A stretch of 64,000 bases of DNA from Glaucostegus cemiculus (taxonomy: Eukaryota), in contig CDPCPM010000026.1 of assembly GCA_976551045.1 (NCBI GenBank), positions 8,928,001 to 8,992,000 of the forward strand, read 5' to 3'. Below the pieces are notes generated by a model. It searched no databases and was not told the origin of the DNA. It saw nothing but the letters and a program-made list of their open reading frames with translations. The translations under genes and the position numbers were made by a program. This document shows positions 1-13,704 of this stretch, one piece after another. How positions within the stretch are numbered: the stretch's first letter is position 1; each line of letters opens with the position of its first letter.

Positions 1-296
1 TTTATAAGTTACGGCACTGAATGGTGAAAGCTTCTTTTGTAGAATATATCTGTTTTCAAAAAGCACACTTGTTTTTTTTCTAACTCTCATGCTTAATTTT
101 TTATTTACAGTGGTATGAAATGACAGTAATTGTATGCTATTTGTTTCCCAAATTATCATAGCTTCCTTCAGGTTTTCAACAAGCTTTGATGTTGCAGAAT
201 TCTAACCTGGTTCAACAAACTACATTGCTATTCTATCCCTTAACATTACCCCTTATTTGATGTAAAAGGAAAATGTATTTACGTAATTGTCAACAG

Positions 297-375
297 GATT
301 GAAGTATGCAATGAGAGAGGAGACCGGAGGGTTTGAAATCCCCAAATGTAACCTGATTATGGACGAGATACCAAG
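297..375 (+). CDS. Internal coding exon (phase 1 to phase 2) of an unidentified gene: LKYAMREETGGFEIPKCNLIMDEIP
   Basis: caacAG acceptor at 295-296 and AAG|GTctgt donor at 376-377. Only one of three frames is open. Its phase joins the 2037-2100 exon (AG+T=Ser). Confidence 0.6.
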
Positions 376-539
376 GTCTGTGTCACAAACCAGATTGTCT
401 TTGCATGATTTACCAGCGTGTATTGCAAGTCATTAGTAAAAAGACTGGAAAAGAGTTAAATTATAGTATTGGTTATCTTAGCATGTTAAGGTTTGTGGTG
501 CTTTTCTGAGATAACTGATGTCTTGAAGTTGTCTGGTTG

Positions 540-850
540 AACATATATAAGGGAAACTTCATTGATCATATGTGTAAACCAGCAAGAAGCGTATGTTAGT
601 AATCAGTTGTAAGATGGCAGGAAGCTAACTGCAGTGTCCTGAACACGGTACATTAGTTAGCTTTCCCACACTTCATCATTTAATTTGTATGGTTTCCAAA
701 TCATGGTGATTATCGCCTATTAGTACTCTTGGTGACAGAGGGCAGGGCAATGTTGAAGCAGAGTTAATAAAGCAGAAACAGAAGCCTAATTACTCCATTA
801 GATAAGTCTGACTGGTGAAAAATACTGCAAGACATACATAATGTAAATGG
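540..850 (+). mobile_element. Very old CR1-like RT fragment
   Basis: Faint resemblance to the CR1 'WQDVTSGVPQG...ISKFADD...LDRL' region; heavily diverged. Confidence 0.3.
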
Positions 851-1234
851 ACCTGAATACTTCCTCCACCAACGTGAGATAATATATAACAATGATATGA
901 TGTATTGATTATTTTCATTTTGGTGAGTTTGTAATCGGGTATAATTATGAGGAATAACATTGTTAAAATTTTTTATTGAAAATGTCCCATTTGAGCCATT
1001 TCCTCAATAGCATAATCCCCTTTTCTCCGTTTTGGAAGGTAAAATAATCAGGGTAGTTATGTAATCATCATAACTGCCCCTTTGAGACTGACTTGAGAGT
1101 GACTGGGGCAATAATGATCTGTGGGACAAAGATAGTGAACTTACTGGTGTTTCATACTCTGATTAGCTGATCCAGCCTACTCAGGAGAGGGTGACTGGTT
1201 TAAAAGGCTGATAATGCTAGGAATTAAACTTCCT

Positions 1235-1660
1235 GTTTGTGATAAAATGTGTTTTCAGAATGGCAGGACATTCCAGAGTGCTTCACAACTAATGAAGTAC
1301 TTTTGAAGTGTGGCTAAATTATAATGGAAGGAAAGGCAGAAGGCAATTTCCCATAGTAATAAAATAAAAGGTTAGACCGTCTGTTTTTGATGGTGTTTTC
1401 TAGCAGGTAAGTGTTAACCAGGACACCAGGAAGGCGTCCCTGCTTTTCTTTAAATAGTATCATGGGAGCTTTTACTTCTACCTTAGAAGCTAGAGGAAGA
1501 CTCACTTTAACAGCTCATTGATGAAATAGCAAGTTTAATAGTTTAGCATTCTCTCAGTACTATACTAAAGTGACTGCCTTGAGTGTGTTTTCAAATTTTT
1601 GGAGAGAATCTTGAATCCACAACCTTCTGATTCAGAGTGTGACCAATGTGCTCAGGCTGA
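1235..1660 (-). mobile_element. DeuSINE (SacSINE1-like: tRNA head, Deu domain, L2-type tail)
   Basis: Reverse-complement Deu core 'ccaggacaccaggaaggcgtccctgcttttctttaaatagtatcatgggagctttta' and tRNA B-box complement 'cttgaatccacaaccttctgattcagag'. Confidence 0.8.
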
Positions 1661-2036
1661 AATCTGGAAATCAGGACACTAGCAATTGTATCAGAGGACT
1701 GGAATGTGGGACGTTTCCTATTAAGTCAAAAATATATCAATATAGTCATTAGATTTTGACTGAGATTCAATGTATAAGAAATCAGCATGGAATTAAATGT
1801 TCATCAATATAAAGAAGGAAAAATATAATTGGAAAATCTTGTCTGAAGCCCTGTAGGTGACTACTGTATGAATTTAGAAGAATTAATGCAGATTTACAAC
1901 CATTATTTTCCTCCCCTTGGACTTTGTATGTTATGTTAAAGCAAATGTAATCCAGTAATATTTTTATTCAGTTTATGTAAAATGAATTTGCATATTAATT
2001 TTTTAAATCCTGATTTCTCTTCATTCATTGCAATAG

Positions 2037-2100
2037 TATTCAAGCCATGTTGGTGGAGGTCTTCGATTCCAGATATCAGCACAAAAGAGAGCAGGATTAG
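2037..2100 (+). CDS. Probable terminal coding exon: (S)IQAMLVEVFDSRYQHKREQD*
   Basis: Pyrimidine tract tttctcttcattcattgcaatAG (2035-2036), phase-2 start matching the upstream exon, TAG at 2098-2100. Confidence 0.6.
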
Positions 2101-4509
2101 TCTGTAATCTCTGACTAATGTCTGTTTATATGCAAGTCAAATAGTTTTGATTCACTGCAAAAGTTGAGTTCAGAATTCCGCTTTAATTCAGATTTTGATC
2201 TAACTTCCAATGCTAAACATAAACCCATAAAGCCATGTTGTTAAAATCTATGGCAGTTAAATGATTAGCAGATTCCAAAGGTCATCTTACATCCTTTATA
2301 ATGCACTCTATTTTCTGCATGCTCTTATTTTGCTTTGCCTCTCTTAAAATTAATTTTGTCAGACCATAATTTCGATAGAAGATGTAGTTATAAATGTGTA
2401 GTTTTAACTTCAGAGTTACAGAATTGGGAAATTAACCATTTTATGCCTTCAGCCCCATAATCTTCTACTCCATAACCTGAAGTAGATTTGCTCTGATGAC
2501 AGAGTGATAGCTTATGATTGTTTAGGGGTGGCTGGGTGTGTTTTGTTTCAAAAATTTCCTTAATGTGATTTTGGTATTTTTGGTAGATTTAGTTGAATGT
2601 GAGCTTTAGTCAATGCATATCAGTTCAGCTAATGAAAGGATTCAAGAATTGGATGCAATGAGCAGCTGGGAACTACAATGGGAAGATATCAAAAGCCCTG
2701 GAATATATTTCCGAAGCACAGACCAACTGAACAAAATTGCTGAAGAATGGGCCATTACAGAGAGAATAAGGCAGTTTTAATAGAACTTCCACTGCAAGAT
2801 ATAGGAGAAAAGAAAAATAGACTTAATATACTGATGTCAGCCATCCTAGAAGCATCTGGTGTAACATGGTGACAACAGGTGACAACTAACAGCCACAACC
2901 ATATCAGGGGTGATTGATTTATAAGAGAGACCTTGAGTCAATCCAGAGAGCTCAAAGATGACTGGAGGTAGAGGAATCCCTGTAGGCCAATAATGTAACC
3001 TTACAACTAGCTAACGTGCTTCAGCCCAGTTGGGAGAATTACCTCAGAGGACCACACATTAGGTGTTTCACACTTGAAGCAAAGCAGCGGCACAAATGAT
3101 AACACTGTGCCAACTGACAGTGACAACATTCATACTGTCCATTAATTCAGTGTTTTGTTGAGTAATTATTCATCAATGAATACAGTGTTGGAGGCCCAGT
3201 AAGATGACAACATATGGCATTTGAAGAAATTAAAACATAACTGTCAGGTAAATTATTTTGGTGGTAGTTGTAACTGTTATATCCAGGTTTGCAGAAATGG
3301 TGTGACTGTGCTGCCCTTTGAAAGACAATTAATGCCAAGCAGTGCCCAGCTTCTCAACTCAGTGCCAATTTTCTGGTAAAAGCCTTGTCATTATTATCAT
3401 CCCTTTTCTCCAAAATGCTTTCCATGAGTGTCCTCTTGAAGCATCAAGCTTTGGAACAGACAGCAGACAATTATTTCTTCAACCATTGTGGTTTTGGCAG
3501 GGAGAAAGACATGATTATATATTAGCTCCCCCCCACCCTCCCCTTCCCCCCTTACTAACTTAGTCGAGTTACCAGAGTAGCTGGTATGGGTTTGTACATC
3601 GCAAAATTAATTCTGTTTTCTCTTTGATCTGCCAATGATCAGCACACAAATTACAAGCCATTGCTACAAAAGGCATACCTGATCCTTCCACGTTTTCACT
3701 TCAAGTGAAGATTGTACATTAAATGTGAAAGAACTGTGCAAGTAATCAGGGAGGCAGAGCTACTGCCATCAATTCCGTGCTGAGTTAGGGGAAAGTCAGC
3801 AGTTATATGGAATAGTATCAGCCTTTCACATTGCCTCAGGTGGTTGGTGATAACGGATGAAGACATTGACCCTGCAAAATAACCCTATTGTGATTTGGAG
3901 ATACACTTGTGGATCTCCCAATGCCAACTGGAAAGAGCTAAAAAATTAAAGCCTAAAGTGACACCACCATACAAATGTTCAGCAGGAATTCCTAAACAAA
4001 ATGCCACAGTGCAGTCACTGTCTCCCTACTAGACTTTAATCTTCTGTGACACATCTCTTCTGTTATTCCCAGTAGAAGTCACTGCTACGGTAAATCCAAT
4101 GTATTGAACAGCGAAAGCACTGACAGTGCACCTCTTGTGCAACCTGATATCATGCGCAACCCTTTCCTATACTTGCATTTCCTCCTCTGCCAATTCCAGT
4201 CCTAATGGAACACTGGATGTACCTTTCTCATAGTGTTGAAACTTACAGCTGAAGTATGTGATCTGGAGATAGACTGCTGTCTCAGCAGTGTATTAGCTTG
4301 ATATTGAAGCAATGTATTAACCCTGGAATATAGTGTGCTGTGATACTAATGAGCTTACTGCAAGCAATCATAATAACTATAATGTATATCTTTAGTCCAG
4401 TACATATAGCTTTAACTTTCACACCTCAGCATATTTAGAGTATTTGTGGAATGGAGCATAAGTGACTGTTTAATCCAAACATAATAAATTACAGTTTGGT
4501 TTTAAAAAA

Positions 4510-4900
4510 AAAGTAGCTTTTGTAGAGTATCTTTCACGTCCACGTGAAATCTTAAAGTGCATATCAGTTATGAATTATTTCTGAAATGTGACGACTGCTG
4601 TAACATAGATAAATGAGGGAGCACAGCAAAATCCCACAAACAGCAATGAGATTAATGAAGTGTCATTCTGTTTTAGTTGAGGGAAAAATGTTGGCCATGA
4701 CATTGTGAACCCTCACTGCTCTTCTCCAACTTATGGCAGAAGGTAATTTGTACAAGCAGATGAGTGCCGTTTAATGTTTTATCTGAAATATAGTGTCCCC
4801 AAACAAGTAGCATTCCTCAGTTCTGCACTGATCTCAGGCTGGGGTGAGTAGTCCAGGCATGGAGTTGACCTCAAATCCACAGTCCTGCGACACAGTAACT
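4510..4900 (-). mobile_element. DeuSINE (SacSINE1-like)
   Basis: 'gcacagcaaaatcccacaaacagcaatgag...gttgagggaaaaatgttggccatgaca...ctgctcttctcc' is the Deu domain in reverse orientation. Confidence 0.8.
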
Positions 4901-5209
4901 CAGCCCTGCTGCTGTTGAATGCACTTGCTTGTCATACTTGTGTTCAAAAGGAGTAGTTCTGTATGAAATTATATTTATTAAATGAATGTAGCACTTTCTT
5001 AAAGATAGAATTATGTCTATTATGATTGTATTGCCAGATCCAAAACATTTGTAGACTTATTGATACCACTAGCGCAGGGGTCTGCTGAGATTTAACTAGA
5101 AGCCTGTCAAACTCTTGAAAGTTTTCCCTATTAGTATTGTTTAGTTATGCAGTGTCATGTATCATTTGACATGAGGTATTATGGAATACTTACTGAATAT
5201 TTACGAAGG

Positions 5210-5810
5210 TGCAAAGATCAAATGGAAAGTTAGGTGGAGTATTGGCAAATGAAATTTAATCCCAACAAGTGTGAGGTGATATGATTGGAGTACGGTGTGC
5301 AGTTCTGGATGCCACACTAAAGAAAGGATGTAATTGTGCTGGAGAGAGCACTGAGGAGATTCACCAGGATGTTGCCTGGACTAGAGGATTTTAGTTATGG
5401 AAAGAGATTGGATAGGCTGAGCTTGTTTCCCCTGGAGTAGTGGAGGCTGAGGAGTGACCTGATAGAGCTAAATAAAACTACAAGAGGCACAAACAGGGTG
5501 GATGGTCAGAATCATTTTCCCATGGTAGGGGTATGGTATCAAAAAGTAGAGGGAATAAGGTTTAAGATGAGAGGAAGGAGTTTTAAAGGGGACTTGAGGG
5601 GCAAGTTACTGACATGGAGAGTGGTTGATATCTGGAATTCACTACCAGAGGAGGTGGTGGAATCAGATCTAATCACCATGTTCAGGAGATAATTAGACAG
5701 GCACTTTAATAGACAAGGCACAGATATGGATCTAATGCTGGCAAATGTAGTGTAAAGGGACAAAAATGTCAGCATGGACAAGTTAGGACAAAGGGCTCAT
5801 TTCTGTCTTG
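5210..5810 (+). mobile_element. CR1 LINE 3' fragment (internally deleted)
   Basis: Decayed ORF2 C-terminus 'WQMKFNPNKCEV...RRFTRMLPGL...RVVDIWNSLPEEVVE' plus CR1-type 3' UTR. Confidence 0.9.
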
Positions 5811-5859
5811 CATCACATTGATTGGTGAGATTAGGCAAGTAGATCATTTTGAATCTTTT

Positions 5860-8640
5860 TCTTTTTAACCAGCCCCGTGGACTTGAGGATGACTTATTTC
5901 TGTAGATTCTGAGGTGGTTTATGAAGCCAGTGTGGGATCTACCGACTGCTTTAGGTGGCTTTGGAGCTGTATGTTGGAGCATGTGGTTGTGTTATGTGGG
6001 AGATAGTGCACTGATTCCACCATTTACACCAAGCTTCTATGTGCTCTTGATGCAAGGTTCTCAGAGATGTCCCGAATGCTGCTTCTCCACTTTGTCCAGA
6101 ATTCCCACGTCAGTGCAGACGTGATATATTTTTCTCAGCGACTGTGTGAAAATCCTTGAATCATTTCCTGTTTCTAGCTGGACCCTCTTGCTCTGACCAA
6201 AACTGGAGAAGAGAGCTTGTTTTAGAACGTTTGGTGTTGGGTACACAGGAGATGTGACCTGCCCATTGTAGCTGACTAATTGAAATCAGGGCTGCAGTGT
6301 TAGGAATGTTGGCCTCCGAAAGGGAACTGATATTGATTAGCTTATCCTGTCATTGGATTTGGGGCATTCTGTGGAAACAGTTTTGGTGGTATCTCTCCAA
6401 TGCATTGAGGTACCCATGACAGATAATCCCTATCTCAGCACACGTGGTAGGACAGGTAATACTGCTTGAATCTTGTGTCATATTTGAAATCTTGATTTTA
6501 AGCCATCTTTTCCTCAGATTTCCAAGAGCTATGTTGGTACAGTGAAGGTGGTGTCTGCCTTTGCTGAGCAATGGCTTTGGAATTGTAGAAGGTGGGACAT
6601 CTTTTCAAGGAGATGGTGGTGGGGTGTTCTTTTCCAGTAGAGGCAAAAGGGGTAGGTTGGTAGAGGATTTGTTATGTGGATGTTTAGTATAAAGCCCATT
6701 CCCTTAGTGGTTCAGTGAACAAGGTGATGGTGACTTGGAACTCAGCTTCCAAGCACACACACAGGCATCACCTGGGCATTGTGGCATTATGACTGAGGTT
6801 ACAGTGATCTTGGTTCTGCAATAGAGATGTTGTAGTTTCAACAGTTTCCCATTTTAGCTCCACTTCAGCAGGAAGCTTGTTCAAGATGAGGTGCAACATT
6901 GCAGCAACAAAGGTTAAGAGAAATGGTCATTTGATAATACAGCCTAGCTTGACATTAGTCTGCACTGAGAGTAGGGGTGTTATGAACCTGTTGATTTAGA
7001 TGGCAGCTTGCATGGCATCATGTACCAGACTTAGAATGGAGACAAATTTCTGGGGGCAGCCAAATTTGTAAAGGTTTCTCCACAGTCTTTTTGTCTGATG
7101 AAGTGAACTTTTAAAAGAGCCACTTTGAGTGGTTGATGGTGCACCCTGCTTTTCTCTTGCAGTTTTCAGAATCAGGTTTATTATCACAGACTTGTATGTC
7201 GTGAAATTTGTTGTTTTGCAGCAGCAGTACAGTGCAAAGATATAAAATTACTATAAATTACAAAATAAATAAATAGTGAAAAAAAGGAATAATGAGGTAA
7301 TGTTCATGGACCATTCAGAAATCTGACGGCAGAGGGCAAGAAGCTGTTCCTAACTCATTGTGTGTGGGTCTTCAGGCTCCTGTACCTCCTCCCCGATGGT
7401 AGTAAAAAGAAGAAGGCATGTCCCAAATGGTGAAGGTCCTTAGTGATGGATGCCGCCTTCTTGAGACACGGCCTCTTGAAGATGTGCCTGTGATGGAGCT
7501 GGCTGAGTCTACAACCCTCTGCAGCCTCTTGTGATCCTATGCATTGGAGCCTCCATACCAGGCTGTGATGCAACCAATCAGAATGTTCTCCACTGTAGAT
7601 GTATAGAAATTTGCAAGAATCCTTGGTGACGTACAGAATCTCCTCAAACTCCTAATGAAGTAGAGCTACTGGTGTGAAGTTGTTGAGAGCCGATCCACCT
7701 CACTCCTGTACGCCTCCTTGTCGCCATCTGAGACTCAACCAACAATAGTGGTGTCATCAGCAAATTTATAAATGGTGTTTGAGCTGTGCTTAGTGTGGAG
7801 AGAGTAGAGCAGCGGGCTAGGCACGCATCCTTGAGGTGTGTCTGTGTTGATTGTCAGTGAGGAGGAGATGTTGTGACTGATCTGCACTGATGGTAGTCTC
7901 TCTATAAAGAACAGGAGGATCCAGTTGAGAGGGAGGTACAGAGGCCTGGGGGTTTTTTTGCCCCTAAATGGATAGAATTCACACTGTGGTTTAGGAAACA
8001 GCTCATTTGACATTGGGAGGAGGCAGTTCAGGAGGACCCATACAATGAATTTTGCTTTGGTAGACAGCAGGAAGATCACTCTCTAGTTATAGTCATCAAT
8101 GTAATCTCCTGTCTGAACAAGGCCCACTGTTATAGCATCTCTGATGCCTCTCAGCATTTCCTTCTGTTCCCAGATGTGTTTGAGGAGGTTGTGTCTGAAG
8201 CTCCTCTCTGTTAAGACATAGAAATTCAGTAGGGATAACATCTGCTCCCGAAGCATTGTTTTTTTTAAAATTATTATTGACAAGTGGCCCTTTTTGACTT
8301 CTTGCTATCTGGTGCCCAGGCTGGACCAGATAGTTTGCTGTGGGATGGAATCAAAGGCACCGCGTCAAGTACAGAGTCACATCTGAGGAGTTTAGTGCAC
8401 TTGCTGCTATTTTGGCTTTCGTAATCTCTCCCCCACTCCAGGCTCTCAGTGGGTGGGCCCTTTGGGTGCTTGCGCTGGATATGGTTTTGAAAGCTCTGAA
8501 GAATCCATGCAAGTCATGGTGTACAGGGAATTGATGGCTCTCCCGTGCTGCTTCTACTCAGCATCTGTTTTTTGGCTCAAGCATTTTCTTCTGAACCTTT
8601 CCCTTCAGATACCTGTAGAACTGTTTTATTTTCCCTTTTG
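5860..8640 (-). mobile_element. RTE (BovB-like) LINE, decayed, split by a Rex1 insertion
   Basis: Peptide remnants 'LLNCLLPMSNELFPKPQCEF', 'KFGCPQKFVSILSLVHDAM', 'LERYHQNCFHRM' and a C-terminal 'SHTGFINHLR' zinc-knuckle relic. Confidence 0.85.
7166..7950 (-). mobile_element. Rex1/Babar LINE 3' fragment nested in RTE
   Basis: 'PQGCVPSPLLYSL...IYKFADDTTIVG', 'LLPSGRRYRSLKTHT'; (ATTCTG)-type tail seen as tcagaatcag. Confidence 0.9.
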
Positions 8641-11153
8641 AGGGCTATGTTTACCCATCTACTGATAAGCAACTTTATATAAGTGATTTTGCTTTTGTGG
8701 GTCTCAATCAGTTTGTCTAATGAGGATTTCAATAAGGTTGAAAAATATGTAAATCAATTTAATAACTGAATACGATTAGTCAAGTCTTCAACTTGAATTT
8801 CAAAACCCTCAGTAATAGCGTTCTTATTATACAGCTTTAGATAAAAATGTTGTAATGACCTGTTTATTGCATTGACTTTGATTCACATTATTATTAGGTA
8901 GTATGAGTTCAGCTCTGAAAGCCTTATGCAAATCTGTTAATACATAAGACTGCAAGAAGCCTCTTATGTTGGAACCAGGTTAGACAGAAGACATCAGATT
9001 AATATTTGATCATGAAGAAGGACCCTTAATCAGATTTAGTTATTTTACAGCTGAGTGTTTCTGCAATTATAATAATTGTTGTTCTAAATATGTTGTTTAT
9101 CTTTATCTGAGGCTCTGAGTATAATCTTGCATCTCAAAGCCTTCTCGGTGACAAGAGTGTAAAGGCCTGGGATCAGAGATTCACACACAAACCCAATTAA
9201 TATTACAACTACAGTCTCTGATGAGTTTAACAACCAGGCAAAATGTGCATCATGCTTAAGTGGAAAACCACTTGAATTATCAAGATGAGCTAAAGAAGCC
9301 TCAAAATTCAATAATCCTTTTCTCAAGAAAGTCATGAATCCTATGAGATGAAGTTGAAATCAGAGAAATACATCAGAAAGAGAATGTTGGTTACAGACTC
9401 ATTCTATCCAGGTTAAAAAGAATCTTTAGCCAATCTTGATAATATCAGTCAATGCAACCTGTAGGTTTGCTTTAGGGAAACTCCCCTCTGTTTTTGTTTT
9501 TCTCTTGACTTTCTTCTGGTTATTCTCTTTTCTTCGTGACCTGATTTGATGATTTAAAGGAAAGGGGTTTTATCTTTCCTGTCACCAGTCAACAGACTAT
9601 TCTCTGAACCGGTATCATAGTCATAAAATCTAATCAGTCTTTGACCAGGTGGACTAAAACATTCCATTCTCATTGCTGGTTAGGAGCAATGGAGTTCATC
9701 AAATACATTTTAATTATGTAGTCTGAGAGAGGAGATGATTGCATTTTGGCTTCACATTAATAAAATCAATAGTAGTTTGTATCTGGTATGAAAAAAATGT
9801 TAAGACTGAGAAGATTAGCAAAAGCTGATATTGGAAAAGACTACTACCAATGAATTATTAGAAACAAAGTAACAGAAATACAAAGAAGCCATTACAATAT
9901 TAAGTAGTATAAAATTAATTAGTTGATTTAATTTGAGGTTAAGCTGGCGATTGATTATGGTTCTGCAATATAAGGTTTGAAGCAGAGCTATAGTAATCAT
10001 TCCTATCTGCTGGTCACCATCTGGAATAAAACAGGCTGTAAAGAGAACACTACCACTTCTTTTGACAGGCATGGATGCCATCCTTTCCCAGTTACATATT
10101 CTGTTTAAATTAATCTAGACTATGGCTACAATATCAGAATGTTTGTGGAGTATTTTATTATTGGATAGATCTATCTCATCTCTCTTGGGAGTGGGCAGGG
10201 GAGCATCATTCTAAGTTCACTTTATTTTTACTGGGGATCCACCCAGTTTAGCCTATTTGGCCATAGTGCATGTATCACTTTGATGGTTCACTTCCAACTT
10301 CCCTACATGCTATGTTAGTGGATCCCTCAGTTGCTGAACATGACAGTTTACTGTTGGTATAGGCTGATAATCTAGCCTCCCTTCCACGGGTAGGATGCTG
10401 TTAGATCTCCATTATTATCAAAGCACAGATTGGCACAGACTATTCCAGGCTGGTCCCACTTTTCCAAAATGGTTCTATATTCCACATATTTAGGATCGGA
10501 GCTTTCAGCATGCCAATTACTTTGTACGTGTGTGAGAAGAAGCAATGTTGAAGTAAGCTAATACTAGATATCTTACTCATAAATATACATTTTTTAAACA
10601 ACTTTAAGCTCTTTATGGACAATAGCTTGAAGTCAAATGAAAATTTCAAAAACATTTGTTGCTTTTTGTCCTATTTTTTGTGCTTTTTGAAAAATAACTG
10701 ACAAACAAGTGGCAAAACTGAGATAATAGGTATTTATCCTCGAGTCCATGGTTTACATTTTCCATCATTTTTTTGAAACCTCTGCAAGTTGATGTTTTCT
10801 TAAAAGTAATCACTAATCTCTGGAGATTTATTAGGTCCATTGTACACAGCTGAGTTGTTAGAGAAACAAATCTTGGTGACAAATGACTTTGGCTAAGTAT
10901 CCCGAGGAAAATATCATTCAAAATAAAATACTTTAATCAATGTATGTGGTGATATGGTTTTGAAGGCAAGGCATGAAACAAAGATAAAATGTTTTGTCCT
11001 GCCTGAACAGACACTTTCTTCAGCAGCACTTAAACAGAGCTCATGTATCCTTTAGCAAACTCTCTTGTACTGAAAATTGAACTGGCTGAGCTCCATGGGC
11101 AAACTGTGTGCCTTCCCTTTTATGACTGGCATAGCAATAACTAGATTGCAAAG

Positions 11154-11285
11154 NNNNNNNNNNNNNNNNNNNNNNNNNNNNNNNNNNNNNNNNNNNNNNN
11201 NNNNNNNNNNNNNNNNNNNNNNNNNNNNNNNNNNNNNNNNNNNNNNNNNNNNNNNNNNNNNNNNNNNNNNNNNNNNNNNNNNNNN
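11154..11285. other. Assembly gap (132 N)
   Basis: Run of N. Confidence 1.
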
Positions 11286-12271
11286 GCATTAGCCTATGAG
11301 ATAACAGTGAAAATGCATTAGAGGGGAAAATGTACAATTAGTGTAAGAGTGAACCCCAAGATAATTGATAGATCACTGTATGTTTGTGGCAAATATAAAG
11401 CTTTGTTAAGTGTCATAAGCAGATAGAATTGATGAGTGGTATTTTAGTCCATATGTTTGAGCTGATTAATGAGGTTTTTAAACCAGTGGCCTTAATGAGA
11501 AGCTGATAGGCTTTCTTGAATTTACATTTTAATTTAAAAGGGTTATGATGGAGACAGTAAATTGAGAGTATGTGAGTGAGTAGTACACTTGTCATTCCAC
11601 AGCAAAGATACTGAAAGGTTCTCTTAAAAATGCACTGTTTGCCTACAATTGGACATATCTTTATGAATTTCAATAAATGAATAATTGAGTTCATTATCTG
11701 CAAAGAAACAGTTTGACCTGGGAGCAACTCCTACATGACTGTCTCCATTCTAAGTGGTGGCATTATCTATTCTCTATTTTTTAAAGTCTTTTGTTACATG
11801 TTAATTAGAGAATCTTCTTCCTCCAAGGTTGCACTGTAATAATGATTCCTTCTGTATAGAGTGCATTGTACTGTATATGTAAACTGAAGTCCACAACCCA
11901 TAAATAGTATTGGTTCATGGGTGATTAAACAAAAGTAGGTAGAGAAGTACAGTGTACTCTTATTTAATTCCCAGCAACTGGACCAGGCAACATTTAAGAA
12001 GGTTCAGTCAGCTTTTTCCTCAACACACTCAGTGCCAACCATTATTTTCAAGGTCCTAATAATAATTAAACAATAGTAGTTCTGCATTTGAAAAAAACAG
12101 GTAATCATCCTTCAGTAATGTCATCTTTGGAGACACATACAAACACTTAATAGTAACATTGATGTGTACATTATTCCCAAATTAATAAAAATACCAGTAA
12201 GAATTTAGGTTGTTTTAAGCTTTCTCATGAAGAATCTAATGCATAACCAAAATAATAACAATGAAGTGCTG

Positions 12272-13697
12272 TATTTTCCCCCCCAAAACTTTAAACATAA
12301 TACACTACATTTATGCATGCATCATTCACACCATGACATTTCATTTGCTTACAAGGTTTGCATTACATCAGCATGACATCATATTTTCTTTTACAAACCT
12401 CTGAGCGGTAAGTGTGAAAGGGTTATGTACAGATTCCAGCCCCTGTGTATCCATTGGTGGGAGAGTGGCATATTGGTGTAGTTGGTAGAGTCGCTGCCTC
12501 ACAAAGCCAGAGACCCAGATTCAGTCCTGACCTTGGATGCCATCTGTGTGGCATTTGCACATTCTCCCCGTGACCACATAGGATTCCCCCAGGTGCTCCG
12601 GTTTCATAGAACATAGAAGATTACAGCACAGTACAGGCCCTTTGGCCCACAATGTTATGCTGACATTTTATCCAATCCCAAAGATGTTTCTCCAACATCC
12701 CAAAGAGGTGTGGGTTGGTAGTTGAATTGGCCACGTAAATTATCCCAAGTGCCAAGGTGAGTGATAGAATCTGGGGGAGGTAGATGAGAATGTTGAAGAG
12801 AATGAAAAATAGGGCTGGCGTAGGATTAGTGTAAATAGGTGGTGGTTGGTCAGTGTGCACTCGGTGGGCCGAATGGCCTGTCTCTGTGCTGTATCTCTCT
12901 ATGACTGTAAACTGTGGCCCTGCCCCACAGAGCTTTTATGGTGGTTGCATCAAGTTTCAGTGTGTCCCTCGGCACACTGTCCTGCTCCTTGGAATTCTGC
13001 AGCGTTCAGTCATGGACAGCTCTGCAAGTGTCAGGTAGACGGAAGTGTGTGTCTCACTGAGTTGATTAGCTCTTCACAGTCCGTGAAGGATTTGGCAGGG
13101 TGGCCCTTCTCCCCACCTGTCAAGCAAAGCCTTCGTGCTTGCTTGAAAGCTTTGGTGATCCTGCCAAATGACCTTGACAGTCTGCTCTGGCAACCATCTG
13201 ACAGAATCCACCATCCCCTATTCCCTGCTGGCCTCGAGGAAATTCTGTGCAGACTGTTACCTGATTGACTTGTGGGTCAAAGGCACAGATCTTTCAATAG
13301 ATGATACAGCATGGTCTGATTGAATGGAACATTCTGTGACAACGTGGCAAGATCCAAAAGATGGGAAGAAACTATGCATAGAGTGACACTTTGTATTTGC
13401 CTACTGATTGCACTTAATTGTGCACACATGTCCTTTGCTTAGCTAAGTGTAGCCACACACAAATTGAGCTAAAAGGATGAGAGCCACGTTTTCCCTTGCC
13501 AGTCTCCTTCAATGGAGATTTGTACATTGTGTTCCTGTTGACCCAATCCATTTTTAACCTGCTGGTGAATGCAAGGTGTCTCAGGTGGCAGCTGTGAAGC
13601 AGGAGTAAGGTATGGGCCACATCTGTACAGCAACACCGAGAGCACTTCCCACCTCGTGACCAGGTTTCTTCCTGCAATCAAAGGAGAACACAACTCC
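12272..13697 (-). mobile_element. L1/Tx1-like LINE 3' fragment, interrupted by a SINE
   Basis: Remnants 'IAGRNLVTRWEVLSVLLY', 'KMDWVNRNTMYK' and C-terminal 'SKEQDSVPRDTLKLDATTIKALWGRATV'; the 3' UTR appears to continue left of the SINE. Confidence 0.75.
12466..12906 (+). mobile_element. HE1-type V-SINE (tRNA head, V domain, CR1 tail) with an internal ~80-bp antisense CR1-type tail
   Basis: Head 'tggcatattggtgtagttggtagagtcgctgcctcaca', V-domain 'tgtgtggcatttgcacattctccccgtg...gtgctccggtttc', tail 'gggccgaatggcctgtctctgtgctgta'. Confidence 0.9.
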
Positions 13698-13704
13698 TAC
13701 AAGT

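Noticed and set aside
111-125. Possible micro-exon TGGTATGAAATGACA after a strong acceptor
   Set aside because: Its only open frame is phase 0-0, incompatible with the phase-1 start of exon 297; weak donor
2600-3140. Purine-rich stretch suggesting a decayed transposon ORF
   Set aside because: No recognisable motif in the frames examined
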